From the human T2T-CHM13v2.0 reference genome, Homo sapiens, in the NCBI RefSeq assembly GCF_009914755.1, contig NC_060946.1: a stretch of 64,000 bases of DNA; one strand, given 5' to 3'. Position numbers and translations under genes: made by a program. The first letter of the stretch is position 1; each line of letters opens with the position of its first letter. Below the pieces are notes generated by a model. That model searched no databases. It saw nothing but the letters and a program-made list of their open reading frames with translations, and was not told where the DNA came from. This document shows, piece after piece, positions 17,864 through 35,114 of the stretch.

Positions 17864-18154
17864 TTTCTTTTTTTTTTTTTTATTGAGACAGAGTCTCACT
17901 CTGTCGCCCAGGCTGGAGTGCAGTGGCGCAATCGCGGCTCACTGCAAGCTCCGCCTCCTGGGTTCACGCCATTCTCCTGCCTCAGCCTCTCCGAGTAGCT
18001 GGGACTACAGGCACCCGCCACCACGCCCAGCTAATTTTTTGTATTTTTAGTAGAGACGGGGTTTCACCGTGGTCTCGATCTCCTGACCTCGTGATCCGCC
18101 CGCCTCAGCCTCCCAAAGTGCTGGGATTACAAGCGTGAGCCACCGCGCCCGGCC
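17864..18154 (-). mobile_element. AluY of the 12-bp-deletion lineage (AluYd/Yc3-like)
   Basis: Reads GAGATCGAGACCACGGTGAAACCCC (12-bp left-arm deletion) and TACTCGGAGAGG. CpG-rich. TSD CCT(A/G)TTATCATTT. Confidence 0.75.
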
Positions 18155-20713
18155 ACCTGTTATCATTTCTTAAAGAGCAATCAATACAATACAGCTTGGG
18201 ATACTAGAATTAAATAATTTCCTAACTTAAAACAGAATGCTGAATGAGTCAAAATTTTTAGGTTTCTTTAAGCTCGGGGATACCAAAGTATTTACTACTT
18301 GCTTCTAACACTGCAAAAAATAACCCATAGTAAAGCTAAAATCCAAAAGGGGTAAATGATACCTACACCAAACTCAAGAAAGTCAAATAAGGGATTCTTA
18401 AAATAAGCTTCTCATTATTGAAAAAAAGCAAAGCCTACAGAGTAACACTTATTTCACACCACTCCTAGAGAAAGAAACGCAGAGTAAGCATAAAAGAAAA
18501 TTGCGCATGCACACACAGATACAGGTTATCTATTAATCATAGCATTTTTATACAGCTGACAAAAATCACTAGAAGTCCCTGATAAGCGCCTCTCTGAAGG
18601 GCTACTACATGCACTTAACACACTTTAATGCTTACGTATGAAGGTAGGAAATGCCAAAGTTAACCAACTGATCTCCAACACTGTAAAACACAGCCAGCTC
18701 AGAGCTAAAATGCTGCTGCAAAAAGATCTATTCAGTATCATGACAAGCAGCTAAAGACTTTTAACAAAGCAGAGGGACAGAAGATGTCTATAATGAGTAA
18801 TGAACAGCACCTGGGAATGGAGAGGCGCTAGCTAACAGAAAAATTAGTTTCTAAACCCAAATACAGACCTTTTGAGTATGACCAGCATTACCTCAAAGTC
18901 TTGGATGATATCAAAATTTGCCAATTTATTATCAGCTTAATAAGAGTCATGTATGAAACTATGACTTCTAGTTCAAATATAACACAAAACATAGTAAAAT
19001 CTTATGTAAGTATGTAACTAATGCAGACATATATGAAACGGACTGCTTAAGCAATAGCTGAATAGCAGTACTCTGCATTCTTTTAAACAAGGTGTGCATA
19101 GCATAAGACCAGGGTCAGACTTTCAGGACAAGTACTACCAACTCCCTGTAAGCTTTGCCAAAGGGGAAACTTCCTGAAGTTCCAACAAAGTCTTCAAACC
19201 CACTGTGCCAGCCACTAACAGTAACCATGTTCCTGGAAGCTTGTATATGAGAAGCAAACCAATGAGTTAAGCTTTGTGGATGTTGGGAGCCACCACAAAA
19301 CATCTTTCAATTTTGCCAGTTTTCACTTTGAAATCACACAATCCTATCTTATCCCCTAGAAACTAAGAAACAGCAGGTGAAAGCTGTCAAAGCCACATAT
19401 TCAGACTAATTAGGGGACAAGCCAGTCTGATTAGGGGATAGCGACCTCATTTGCAGATGCTTTTGCAGATGAAGGAGAAGCTGAATATGGAGAAATTTAA
19501 TCGGGGCAGGGGGCTAAAAAAAGATCTACAATTCCTGCCTTTTACCCGAAATTATTACTTACCCTCCCAAGAATTTTTGTGGACCACTGAACTGAAGAAG
19601 GAAAAGAAAGAAAAAGGGAGAAAACAAACTTTAGGCTGTAAGTGTGACTGTATAAAAATCCCTGAGAGGATGAATTATGAAACTAAACTCCATGCAACAG
19701 GGCTAACTATGTAGCTGCTTTTCCACTTGCCTAATGGCCCAAGACAAATAGAGCAGGGCCATCCAGGAGTCCCAACAACTTCCAGGAAAATGGAACCAAC
19801 GTCCTCCTGTCTCAGAACAAGCCACATACCCCCTGAAAGTAACCCCTAAGTGAAATCCATATAGATCTGCTTTGAAAATCACTCTGGCTGGCAACAATTA
19901 AGGCCCACTCCTTCAAACAATTCCAATTTGTATGGGAAAAAGCTTCTTAAAAGAAAAAAAAAAGCAATTGAAAGAAACTTCTATGAGCCTCTGCCCAAAA
20001 GTATTCCAACTCAAGCAACTGCTGCAGGCCACATTCAGACACCCCCAGTCTCCCCAGGCCCTGTCTGTAGTTCCTCTAGTTTTACTCACATAGCTTCTGC
20101 CTCCACCCCAATCCCCAGAGCTAGGAGAGTCCCACGGCCACACCACCCATCCCTCATGATAAATCATGCTTTGCTTGTGGTATTTCCAGTTAGAATCTGA
20201 CAAAAATCAATGCAGCCAGAAAAAAAAAATACATCAACAATATGCCTCCTCAAAAACCACATGCCTGGAATAAAATATCCAATACCCAGTGCAAAATCTC
20301 TCTTCTTCAACAACGGAGAAACCAAGGAACCAGCCTATACATGGGAAAAATCCCACACACCAAGGTGTTACCTGGGGACCTAAGTCCCTAAGAAAACCCA
20401 CGTCTTATGGCTGAACACACCCATGTGGAAGTCTAAACCTCAAAGGCTGTTTTCCACCCTTGGGAAAACAGGTTTTTAAGCAGTTATTCCATCACCATCA
20501 TTTGACAATTCAAGAATGTCATCTACTTCATAAGTGGTATTTATCATGTGTCCTGTGCCTTGAATTTTTGGCAGAAATTTCTAGATGCCACGTAAGTGCA
20601 GGACATGTCAGAAGGAAGTGATATATTACAGGCTGCTCTCTCTCATTCCCTTCTCAGAATTCTCTTTATTCATTTAGAATAGAAAAGGCCAGAGGCACTA
20701 TGAAGTACAATCA

Positions 20714-21301
<588 letters not shown>

Positions 21302-22350
21302 CTATAGTATCCGATGAAATTCACTGGTTGAGAAGAGAAAGGTTAAGGTCCCTAGCTGATCAAATAGTTCTCACCCCAAATGGTGGTAATACATGCGAAC
21401 TGCTACACTCCAGAATCCTGCAGCAGCACTGTAAAAAGGTAAATCAACAGCCTGCTCCAGCGAACTGGAACAGGTTGGCTCTAATTGCCTCTCTCACTTG
21501 TGTGGTTCCTCTTTTCTCCTTAACCACACTATCACAAAGGAGCTTTTTACATATACACACGTGCACTCAATTAATATCTGAACACAGGAAACTAAATATC
21601 AGGTTGCTATGCCTACCCAACACATTCTGCAGTTAAATTCTACCCCAGCTTCTGTTTTCAGAGACCCCTCTCTCACCTTTAACCCTGATATCAATGAAAA
21701 GATCAGGTTAACATTCACATATCACACAACATGCAGTCTTCACAGGGGATAGAAAGCAGACCAAGGGCCAGACCCCCCAGGGAAAATCTGGATAAACAAT
21801 TAAAGCCATCTGCAGGCCCCAACTGAGAAGCAGGAAGACAAAGTTCAATTTAACAAAAATGGACAGTTTCTTGACTACTTGGGCCCAGGCATGGTGCTTA
21901 ATCCTACAGATTCCTAAGGATCTCACAGTCTGGGTAAGCGTGGTGGGGCAGACATTCAATCAAGTATTAATCTAAAAAGTCCTTTAACAGAGCTATAGAC
22001 ATGATGTCTTGGAAGACAGCAGGAGTGTGGGAGACATGGGAATAGTCACAAAAGGCATCCAGGAGGAATCAATATCCAAACTCATTATTAAAGATTGAGC
22101 CTTACAAATGTGGGGGTAGAAGAGATGAAGCAGGAACTTTGGGTAGAAGGGAAAGGAACAAAAGCACAGAGGTATTCATTAGCTGGGTGGCACCACATGC
22201 TAAGAAAACTATAAGCCACTGGACATGGACTTGGAGGTGGAATGTGGAAAGAGACGGAGCTTGAAAGTTACGCAGAAGTCAGGCCAAACAAGAGAACAGA
22301 CAATCCTGAGAAAAAACACAAGCTCTCAAAAGATTTTAAGCGTGGAGTAA

Positions 22351-22688
<338 letters not shown>

Positions 22689-23507
22689 TAGCAGTCTGGA
22701 GAGCGGGTTTGAAGAGACTGAAAAGGGACCACAAGAGACAACACAAAGGCATCCCAGCTCAATTTCCATAGACAAAATGAGAACAAAAAGTGCCACTTTT
22801 GAACCAACATACGTAACAAAACTTATAAAATTTGAAACACGACATTTTTACTGTTCCTGCCTTCCATGTACCACTAAAACAGCCAGTGAATCTGTCACCC
22901 ACCCTCCCAACAGAGATCCCACGGGTTCTAAGAAATCCACATCCCCCCTGCAGACACTGTGATACTGCAGCAGTCCTTTCACTCCTTAGCAAAGAATTGT
23001 CTCCCCTTCCTCTGACAAGAGAGACCACAATGACCCAGTTCATTCCACTCCTCCACCCTGGATAATGAGCAAATGAGGTTTCCCCTTTAACACACTGCTC
23101 ATCTCTAGTAGTTCCCAACTCTGGCACTTAATCAATCAGAAGCACATTAACCACTCCATGCAGATTAAACAGTAAGCAGGAAGTTAGTGAGTGCTGTATA
23201 GCAGGATATAAGGAAAGCAAGAAATAAACATGTAGTGCTGGGTTCCTTGATAGGCACCTTAAAGAATCTCAGTTCTCATTACAGTGGTTTATAAGAGTAT
23301 ACATTAATTCTCCCAGTTCACAGATGTGTGAGCAGGAGCTCAGAGATGTTGAATAGCTCATTCATTTGGTAAATGGAGAAGCCAGGATTCAAATCCCAAA
23401 ATGAGAAGCTCTAAATGGTGTTTATTTACTACACCATATTTCAAGTATATATGGATAACAAATATGATTACATATTAAGGTTAGTAATAAAAATATCTCC
23501 CCTTTAA

Positions 23508-25165
<1,658 letters not shown>

Positions 25166-26364
25166 AAAAACAGAGAAGGGACATATATCCTACGGTCTCA
25201 GATTAAGGGATCACTCACAAAAGTGACAAACGATCACAACTGGAATCTCCAAATGCTACTAAAAAAAAAAAGGTCACTTCTGAGCATTAGTGACCAAAAA
25301 ATGTTCAGACTCAAATAATCAAAGCAATCTGGCTATCCTCCAGAGAAATATCTCAAATCCTCCACACACTTTCCCCTCAGAGTCCCTAAGACAATGTTTG
25401 AAAAAACTCATGGCTGACTGCTCATTCTCTTGAGTAAATGACTTCCCAAACTACTTTGCCCACCCAAATTACAGAAATGCGTCCAGGATTCACATGGCAG
25501 TTCTGATCCGATTTGTCCCAATCCTGGCTCAAGCAGCTTTGCTACTTTCCTAACTAGATCAGCATCAGCCAATGGGTTTATTCAAGCTGATCTGTGATGG
25601 ATTAGATAATGAAACCTTAGCCATGTAAGCTGCCTGCTTGTATTGGGGTTGTAGAGGAGAATAAGAAGAAACTCAATACTCCTAGGGGCCACCTAAAACA
25701 CCAAATGTACTCACCATCCCTCACTCCATCTGTCTGCTCATGCTCCAATTACTGCCATTTCCTTCCAATCATGTCTGTGGTTCTTCCCTCCTGCCTTTGA
25801 AGGAAGTGCACATTTGCCCCAGAATAAAGATGTTTACTATGCTTTACAAATGTATATCAACAAAAATTCAAAGAAATCTGCTTACTAAAATGACTGTCTT
25901 TTTCTACAAATTATTAAAGCCTGACATCAAACTGAAGGCCTGAGAGATGTTAAACTAGAGATTCACTAGCAACATTCTTGTTTATACAAAGTAGCATAAC
26001 TCAATTTCTTTCTCAGCAGTCCTGTAAACTTGAGGCCTGTCTGCACCAGTCTGCTTTACAGCAAAATGAAAGTTAAATTTCTAGTTAGCTTCTGTTGTGT
26101 TCACATGTCAGCGTGATAGTGAAAAAAAAATGACAGAGTAGCTAGAAAATGGGAGGGAGTTGGGAGACAAACTCAACTCAAGCTAATCTCTTGAGTCACC
26201 CTGAAGAATAATTCTACTTTGAAATCAGATCTGACTTTCTCCTTCTCAAATACATTTCCAGTTTTACATCTGCAGACTTCCTTGTAAGACATGGGGAAAA
26301 AAGCAACAAGTTTTACATGACTGTTCCTCAGTTTCTCCATCTACAATATTTACCACTCTGGTAG

Positions 26365-26740
26365 TGTTACAGGCTTAATGTCTGTGTCCCTCTAAATTTC
26401 GTATGTTGAAGCCCTAACCCCAGTGTAATGGTATTTGGAGGTAGGACCTCTAGAATTAGCTTCAGATTGGGTCATGAGGGTGGGAACTACATGATAAATG
26501 AGTGCCCTTATAAGAAGAGGAAGAGACCACTGACTCTCTCTCCCCCAGGGCACAGACAAAGGAAAGGCCATGTGAACACACAGCAAGAAGACAGCTATCC
26601 ACAAGCCAGAAGGTGGGCCCTCACCAGACATGAAATCTGCTGGCACCTTCATCTTGGACTTCCCAGCCTCCAAAACTGTGAGAAATAAATGTCTGTTGTT
26701 TAAGCCACCCAGTCTATGGTATTTTGCTGTGGCAGCCCAA
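26365..26740 (+). mobile_element. MLT1A-type MaLR LTR
   Basis: TGTT...TGTGTCCCTCTAAATTTCGTATGTTGAAGCCCTAACCCC...AGAAATAAATGTCTGTTGTTTAAGCCACCCAGTCTATGGTATTTTG. Confidence 0.8.
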
Positions 26741-28204
26741 GGACACTGGGACAGGGAGAGATGAAAAATTCAGTAATTTCAGTGAAATATTGTTCATGAA
26801 ATTACTTGCAAGAAAAAAAAAACACAATATTTTTATAACTCTTCTTGAATGGTAGCACCATGCTTAGTTTCAGCACCAAATACCAAATGAGGGCACAAAG
26901 AGACATCCACCTATGAGGAAATAAGCCCATAAATAAGCAAATGGGAAGATAAACTACTTCAATAAACACAGCATCTACAAAGCAACTTCAGGCTATCTGG
27001 AACCCCTTCCCTGAAACCTGAAAGAAAGTCATCTTACTACTAGAATCAGCTGCTAATAGGAATAACTGCTGAACCCACTTGGCTAAACTGGATTTATGAC
27101 TCTATGGTGAGAAGCGGTTACTTGGCCATATAATAATTATACCATATCAACATTTCACTGACACAAAGAATTCTGCTGAAAGCTATAAGTAATAAGGTAC
27201 ATCTTACCTTATACAGCAGCTAAACTCTTAGAAAACTGCACAAAAATAAAATTTTTATGAATCAAATTGTTCACTAGAAAAGCTGACCAAAAGAATTCAT
27301 TCCCCACTACATTGTATAGAGCGTAAATTTCATACATATTAAACTTAAAGTGAAATGAACCTCTAATAGCCCTATATTTAACTCATTTAACTTCCCACAA
27401 ACTTTGAGTACAGTATTTCCAAGTACTCTCTTTAACTACATTTCTCAAACTGTACATCAGCTTTCCAGTTGAGTTTGTCACTTCCCTCCTACTCTCTGGT
27501 TCACGTTTCTCTATTTCTGTACTCTTTCCAGGGCTGCACTGACTCCTCTTCCACCTACATCAAGTTTCTGTATACTGCCTTTGAAAGCACCGACCCTTCC
27601 TCTCTTTCTCCTAGGGTTCCTTCTGAGCCTAAGGATTATAACAAAAGCATCACAGACTCTCTGGCGTTTCCTAAACTCCATTTTGGTAAGTGATGATTTA
27701 CTCCAAAAGCTTAGTGGTACAACTTAACAAGATTCAACTTTGGAATCTAACGCTTAGCACTACAGCTCCATTTAGTAAGCAGCCTTGGGAATGACCCCAG
27801 TAAATGAACTTATTCTATAAAAAGCGGTTAATCCTTTGACATTCAAAGTGCCTGGAAAATTCTGTGATGATACCCTCACTCTGGAATTTCACAATTTTTC
27901 TTAATCCTTAACTATCTGTAAAAGGTAAATTTCAATTTCAATTTAACAGGCATTGAGCACTTACCAAGTACCCAAAACTGTTAGGTATTACGAAGGATAA
28001 ATACAAAGGAAATATAGTTCCTATCTTTTAGAAGCTTACAATCTTAGCAGTGAAACAAGAATAATAAAACAATTAAGGGACAATAAAAGATGACACACAA
28101 TTAAGCATCAATATACCAAGAGGCAAGAGTAGGATCGGAATGGTGTGAACTAAGCTGTCAGGGAAGGCTTCACAAAAGGAGTTAGAAAACGTGTTAAGAA
28201 AACA

Positions 28205-30013
<1,809 letters not shown>

Positions 30014-30282
30014 AGAGAATGTATAGAAAGAAAATAAAATACAAGAAGTGAAAAAAGGATTCTCGGAGGGATAACTCTCAGCTGCCAATTTGTACCCCCA
30101 AGGACCTAACCACTCTTTCCTCTGCACACCCCTGCGAAGTCCCTACACACTGCTCCATTTCCAAATATCACTATCTTTAGCCAGTTTGAAGGCAACCAAC
30201 AGATAATAGGCCCCAGGAGTAAATGAGGGAAAGGGACGGGGGTCTCACTATTAACTAGGATTGACAGAAATGATAAATGAAT

Positions 30283-30286
<4 letters not shown>

Positions 30287-30318
<32 letters not shown>
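30287..30318. repeat. (AC)n microsatellite
   Basis: About 16 AC units. Confidence 0.95.
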
Positions 30319-30319
<1 letters not shown>

Positions 30320-31984
30320 AAGTAGAACCTGCTCACCAGCACCTACATCCAGTCTTCCCTCCTTATCATCCAATATTAGCTCACCTCACCTGAAGTCTCC
30401 CACATTCCTGTCTTTTTTGCCATGGCCCTGAGCTTTTACTTCTCACAATCCCTCTGCCTGACAGAGTTCTAATGGAAAATAAAAGCAGGCAAACAAAACA
30501 AAAGAATTCAAAAATAAACACCAAGAGGGTCACTTTACCTAAATCAACAGAAGTAACAGGGTAAACTCTGCAAAGGAGACCAAGAAGCATACAACAAACA
30601 TGCTAGGCTTAAGTACAGCTCTGTCCCTAACACAGGAAGTCAGGCAGAGGCTTGAAAAGCAGGGAGCAGAGCACAGGAAGTCTTTTAGCACTGCAGAGAT
30701 TTCCAAGAGTGGTGTAATGGAGACAGCACAGGAATAGGAATTAGAAGACCAGGCTTCTAGTTCTAGTTTTACTATTAGCTAACTGGGTGGCCTTACCCAA
30801 GTCACCATCTTCTCTGGACTTCTGATTCCCCATCTATAAAATAAGGTGGTTAAAACAAGCTGGGACTTGAATCTCCTCCAAAAAAAACAAAGATGAAAAC
30901 TATTGACTCTCCTCCACCAAAAAGTGCACATCACCTACTATGAGTAAGAATCTTCCAAGTCTTCCCAGGTTAAGAACCCCTGGAAAAGATGATGTCTAGT
31001 CCTCCTAGCATCCCTCTAACATCCTATGACTCCGAGAGAATTAGGCACAAGTCTGCACAACTGTTGGTAGGTGAGACTCATCATGTCATAGCAGTATTTT
31101 CTGGGCAAAGACCAAATCGTAAAACCTCCAAAGGTTTCAAGGTCTTCTTCAAAACTATGAAGTCAGCTGACATCAATACCTTTCCCATTCCCTACCCAAA
31201 TTAACCACGTTTATCTTTCAATCCAGAATTGAGAATCCAGTCTTCTAATAGCCCTATAAAAAAATTTTTTTTATAGCCCGGGACATTAAAGAGCTATTTT
31301 GTGTCCTGGTGATGTAGAATGCAATTGGCAAAGAACAGGAGGGACATGTCTAGTGTCTCCCTTCAGACTCATTAGTATGCTCCACAAAGTAAATGAGACT
31401 GAGCACCACCGTGTCCCCATAACATTACCAAACTCCTTGTACTTCTCACACTCTGTGTGATTTAACCCACAATCTCAGCCACATCCCCTCGGGGCTCTCT
31501 CGAGGAGTTTTCTTTTCACTCCTCTCATTGAAATGCCACTTCTCTTCCCCATCCCAGCGTGTGCCCAGGGCTGCCAAAAGGTACTCCCTCTTCTCGGGAG
31601 GTTTCCCACCAGATCTCCTTTTCCTCGACTCAGTCCAGAGAAGCCAGGATTTCCCGGCTTCCACTCCACCCCAAGGCACTAAGGAAGGATTTGAAAAAAT
31701 GGAATCCATCTCAACCTTGTTCGATTTCCCCCCAAAACCTATCCACTCGTCGTGCCTCCTGGCCCCTCAGGAATCAGGACCCTCTCGGGCACACCAGGTT
31801 CAGTCCTGCAACCTTCGTTCCTAGCCCGAGCTCGCCCCACCTTCCAACCAGGCCCCGAATGGCCCCCCATCCCACCTCCAACCCAGGACTCCCGGAGGCC
31901 CTCCCTCTCTCCAAGCCGGGGAGCCCGGTGTCGACCCTCACGCCCACCCCCGCAATAACTGGGCGCCCCGTCCCGCGCGGTCAC

Positions 31985-32170
31985 CTGCATCCCGCCGCCA
32001 CCGTCGGCCGCCGCCTCCTCAGTGCGCGGCCGCTTGCTCAGGCCGGGATCGGCTCCGTCTCCTCCCGCTCCGGGCACCGGCAGCTCCAGCTCCGACTCCC
32101 GCTTCATGCCCCGGGCGGCGGCGCCGGGCCCGAGCTGAGGCGGCTGCTGCGGCTGGGCGCCCTCCGCCAT
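31985..32170 (-). CDS. RBFOX2: RBFOX2 first coding exon (distal-promoter, long N-terminal isoform), 62 codons, phase 0 donor
   Basis: Translates MAEGAQPQQPPQLGPGAAARGMKRESELELPVPGAGGDGADPGLSKRPRTEEAAADGGGGMQ, matching the RBFOX2 N-terminus as I recall it. ATG at 32170-32168. Ends at CAG|GTGACC (GT at 31984-31983). 186 nt, inside a CpG island. Confidence 0.95.
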
Positions 32171-32570
32171 CCGCCCGCGCCCCCCTCGCCTCCGGGAGCC
32201 GGGCGACCCGCGACAGGCCACCTCCCCCTGGGCCTCGGCCCCGACTGTCGCGACAGGCGGGCGCGCGCCTGCCCCCGCCCCCGCGTGCGTGCGTGCGTGC
32301 GCGCGAGCGGACTCCGCGCCCCTCCGCGCCTCGCGGCCGCCGCTCCTTGCCTGACCGCTTGCTCCCCGCCCGCCCGCCCGCCGGGTTGTCGGCGCGGGGC
32401 CACTGGCGGGTCGTGATGAGCACTCGCTCGCGCCCCCGCACGCACACGCGAAACCCGGCCCGGCCCGCCGCGCCGCCCCGCCTCTCGCACTCCCGGAGCT
32501 CGCCCACCGGCCGCGCTGGCTCACACTCTCCCTCACAGCACGCCGGCCGAGGGAGGAAGGGGGCGGTCCG
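32171..32570 (-). other. RBFOX2: RBFOX2 exon 1 5'UTR (upstream boundary approximate)
   Basis: GC-rich sequence upstream of the ATG with no upstream AUG on the minus strand. The TSS is inferred from an A/T-rich element at 32594-32603 and a pyrimidine-rich initiator-like stretch near 32550-32565. Confidence 0.6.
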
Positions 32571-33209
32571 GGCTCCCGAGGCGTGGGGAGGGCTGTTTAT
32601 TTTGGGGGGAGGAGGGGCGCGAGGCAGGAACGAGCTGACTGGCCGGGATCCTCCGACCCGCCACTGTGGCAGCACCGGGAAGGCGGGGAGAGAGAAAGAG
32701 GGAGGGAGGGAGGGACCGGGATGTAGAACTCCAGCCCGCGCGGGAGGCTACGGCGAGGGGGGCGGTGGCGGCCCGCGGGGGGGCGGGGCCAGGCCCCCTC
32801 GGCAATCTCCGTAGTCTCCTCGCTGGCTGCCCGAGGGAGGCCGGGAAGCGATCGGGGAAGCTCGGGAATCTCCGGCACGGGCCTGGGATTGTCCTGGAGG
32901 CACAGCGCGGCTGGAGTGCGGGGCAGCGCGGGGGGGGCGGGGTCTGTCTCCTTTCTGGGCGGGGCCGTATCCTGGAGCAGGCGGGGCTTGAGAGACCCGA
33001 AGGCCAGGGAGTGGCTCCTGCTTGCGGTACTAGTTGTACAGAGTTAAGTCCTGAGTTTACTCGCCTGAGCACCTTGGTTCCCGGAGAGGGAATGGGCACT
33101 CTGTGAGAGGCAGGCTATTTGCCTGCTTCCCCTCCCGCAGAAGAAAAAATGTCTCAAATTGGAAGGTCGAGGAATGAAGCCACCCCTCTATGGTTCACCC
33201 CAGTTCTGA

Positions 33210-33710
33210 GAGCTTTTACTCTAATATAACTCACATTCCTAATGAAGTTAGTAATAATACCCGATGTTTGTAAGAGCTTTAGAGTTTGCACAATGCATCC
33301 ACAGACCCGTTTCAAACTGGTGATATAAGTAGATACCATGATCTCCATTTCATTGATGATGAAACTGAACCTTAGTTAAATCCTGCAGCAAAAAAGTGGC
33401 AGATCCGGAATTCAGAACACGAGAACATATTCTCTTTCTTCGTACCTTGCTGCCTGAGGAGCACTTTATGACTTACCAACTTCGTGGAGATAGAGATATC
33501 TGTGCAATAGATTCTCTCCCCTACCAGACTGTGAGGACAAGGACTGCAGTGACTTCCTCTGAGTTCCATATCGTGCCCTGTACGTTATAGAAATAAAAGG
33601 ATATTGCGTGAATAACCTGGATTCTAATCTTGGCTTTGCTAACTAGCTTAAACAAGTTACTTCATCTCTTTGGACCTCAGCTCCATCATTTGTAAAATGA
33701 GATGGTTTGG
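33210..33710. mobile_element. MIR fragments upstream of the promoter (others at about 13010-13110, 17110-17290, 30700-30850, 34570-34760, 37715-37840)
   Basis: MIR core motifs such as CCATTTCATTGATGATGAAACTGA and CAAGTTACTTCATCTCTTTGGACCTCAG...TGTAAAATG. Confidence 0.6.
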
Positions 33711-33712
33711 AT

Positions 33713-34250
<538 letters not shown>

Positions 34251-34779
34251 GGTTAGATGATTTCCAAGGTCATTTCCAACCAGTGTGTGATTTGGCCTTT
34301 GAACCTGGGTTTAACCTGGCTGGGGCTGGAACAGTACAACAGTAAAGATCCCTGCTTCAGAGTCAGACCAACCCAGATGAGAACGCAGGCTTCCCACCTC
34401 CTGCCCACGTAATCTGGGACCAGTGGTGACTAAGAACTTCCATATAAAAGGTGTTTGGGGATTGCAGACTGGTTGGAAGGGAAGTCGGGAGGACTTGCCT
34501 TGAAGGTGAGTTGTTGTATTGAGCATATTGTTTGTATTACTTAGGCTGTGTTATAAATCAGTAAAAATAGCAGAGTTTTAGCTCTGCCACCTGCAAGTCA
34601 TGATGCCTTGTGACAGCTACTTACCCCCTCTGTGTCTCAGTTTCTTCATCTGCAAATTAGGATAACAATAATACCTTCCTGAAAAGATTATTGTAAGAAT
34701 TTAATGTTATCACGTTTAGAACTTTGAACGGAATGATTTAGGATAAGCGCTCCATAAGTGTTACAGCTAACACTTATAG

Positions 34780-35114
<335 letters not shown>

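Larger units (their letters stand above)
31800..33030. promoter_or_regulatory. CpG island / RBFOX2 promoter
   Basis: Very high GC and dense CpG compared with the CpG-depleted flanks. Multiple GC boxes (GGGGCGGGGC at about 32780-32789; further GGGCGGGG near 32935 and 32957). Confidence 0.92.

Noticed and set aside
31739-31984. Continuation of the RBFOX2 frame past MQ (VTARDG...)
   Set aside because: Intronic read-through beyond the CAG|GTGACC donor; no evidence for intron retention.
31559-33106. Multiple overlapping ORFs of 100-285 aa on both strands
   Set aside because: Expected in a very GC-rich island. Only the 62-codon segment matches a recognisable protein and ends at a splice donor.
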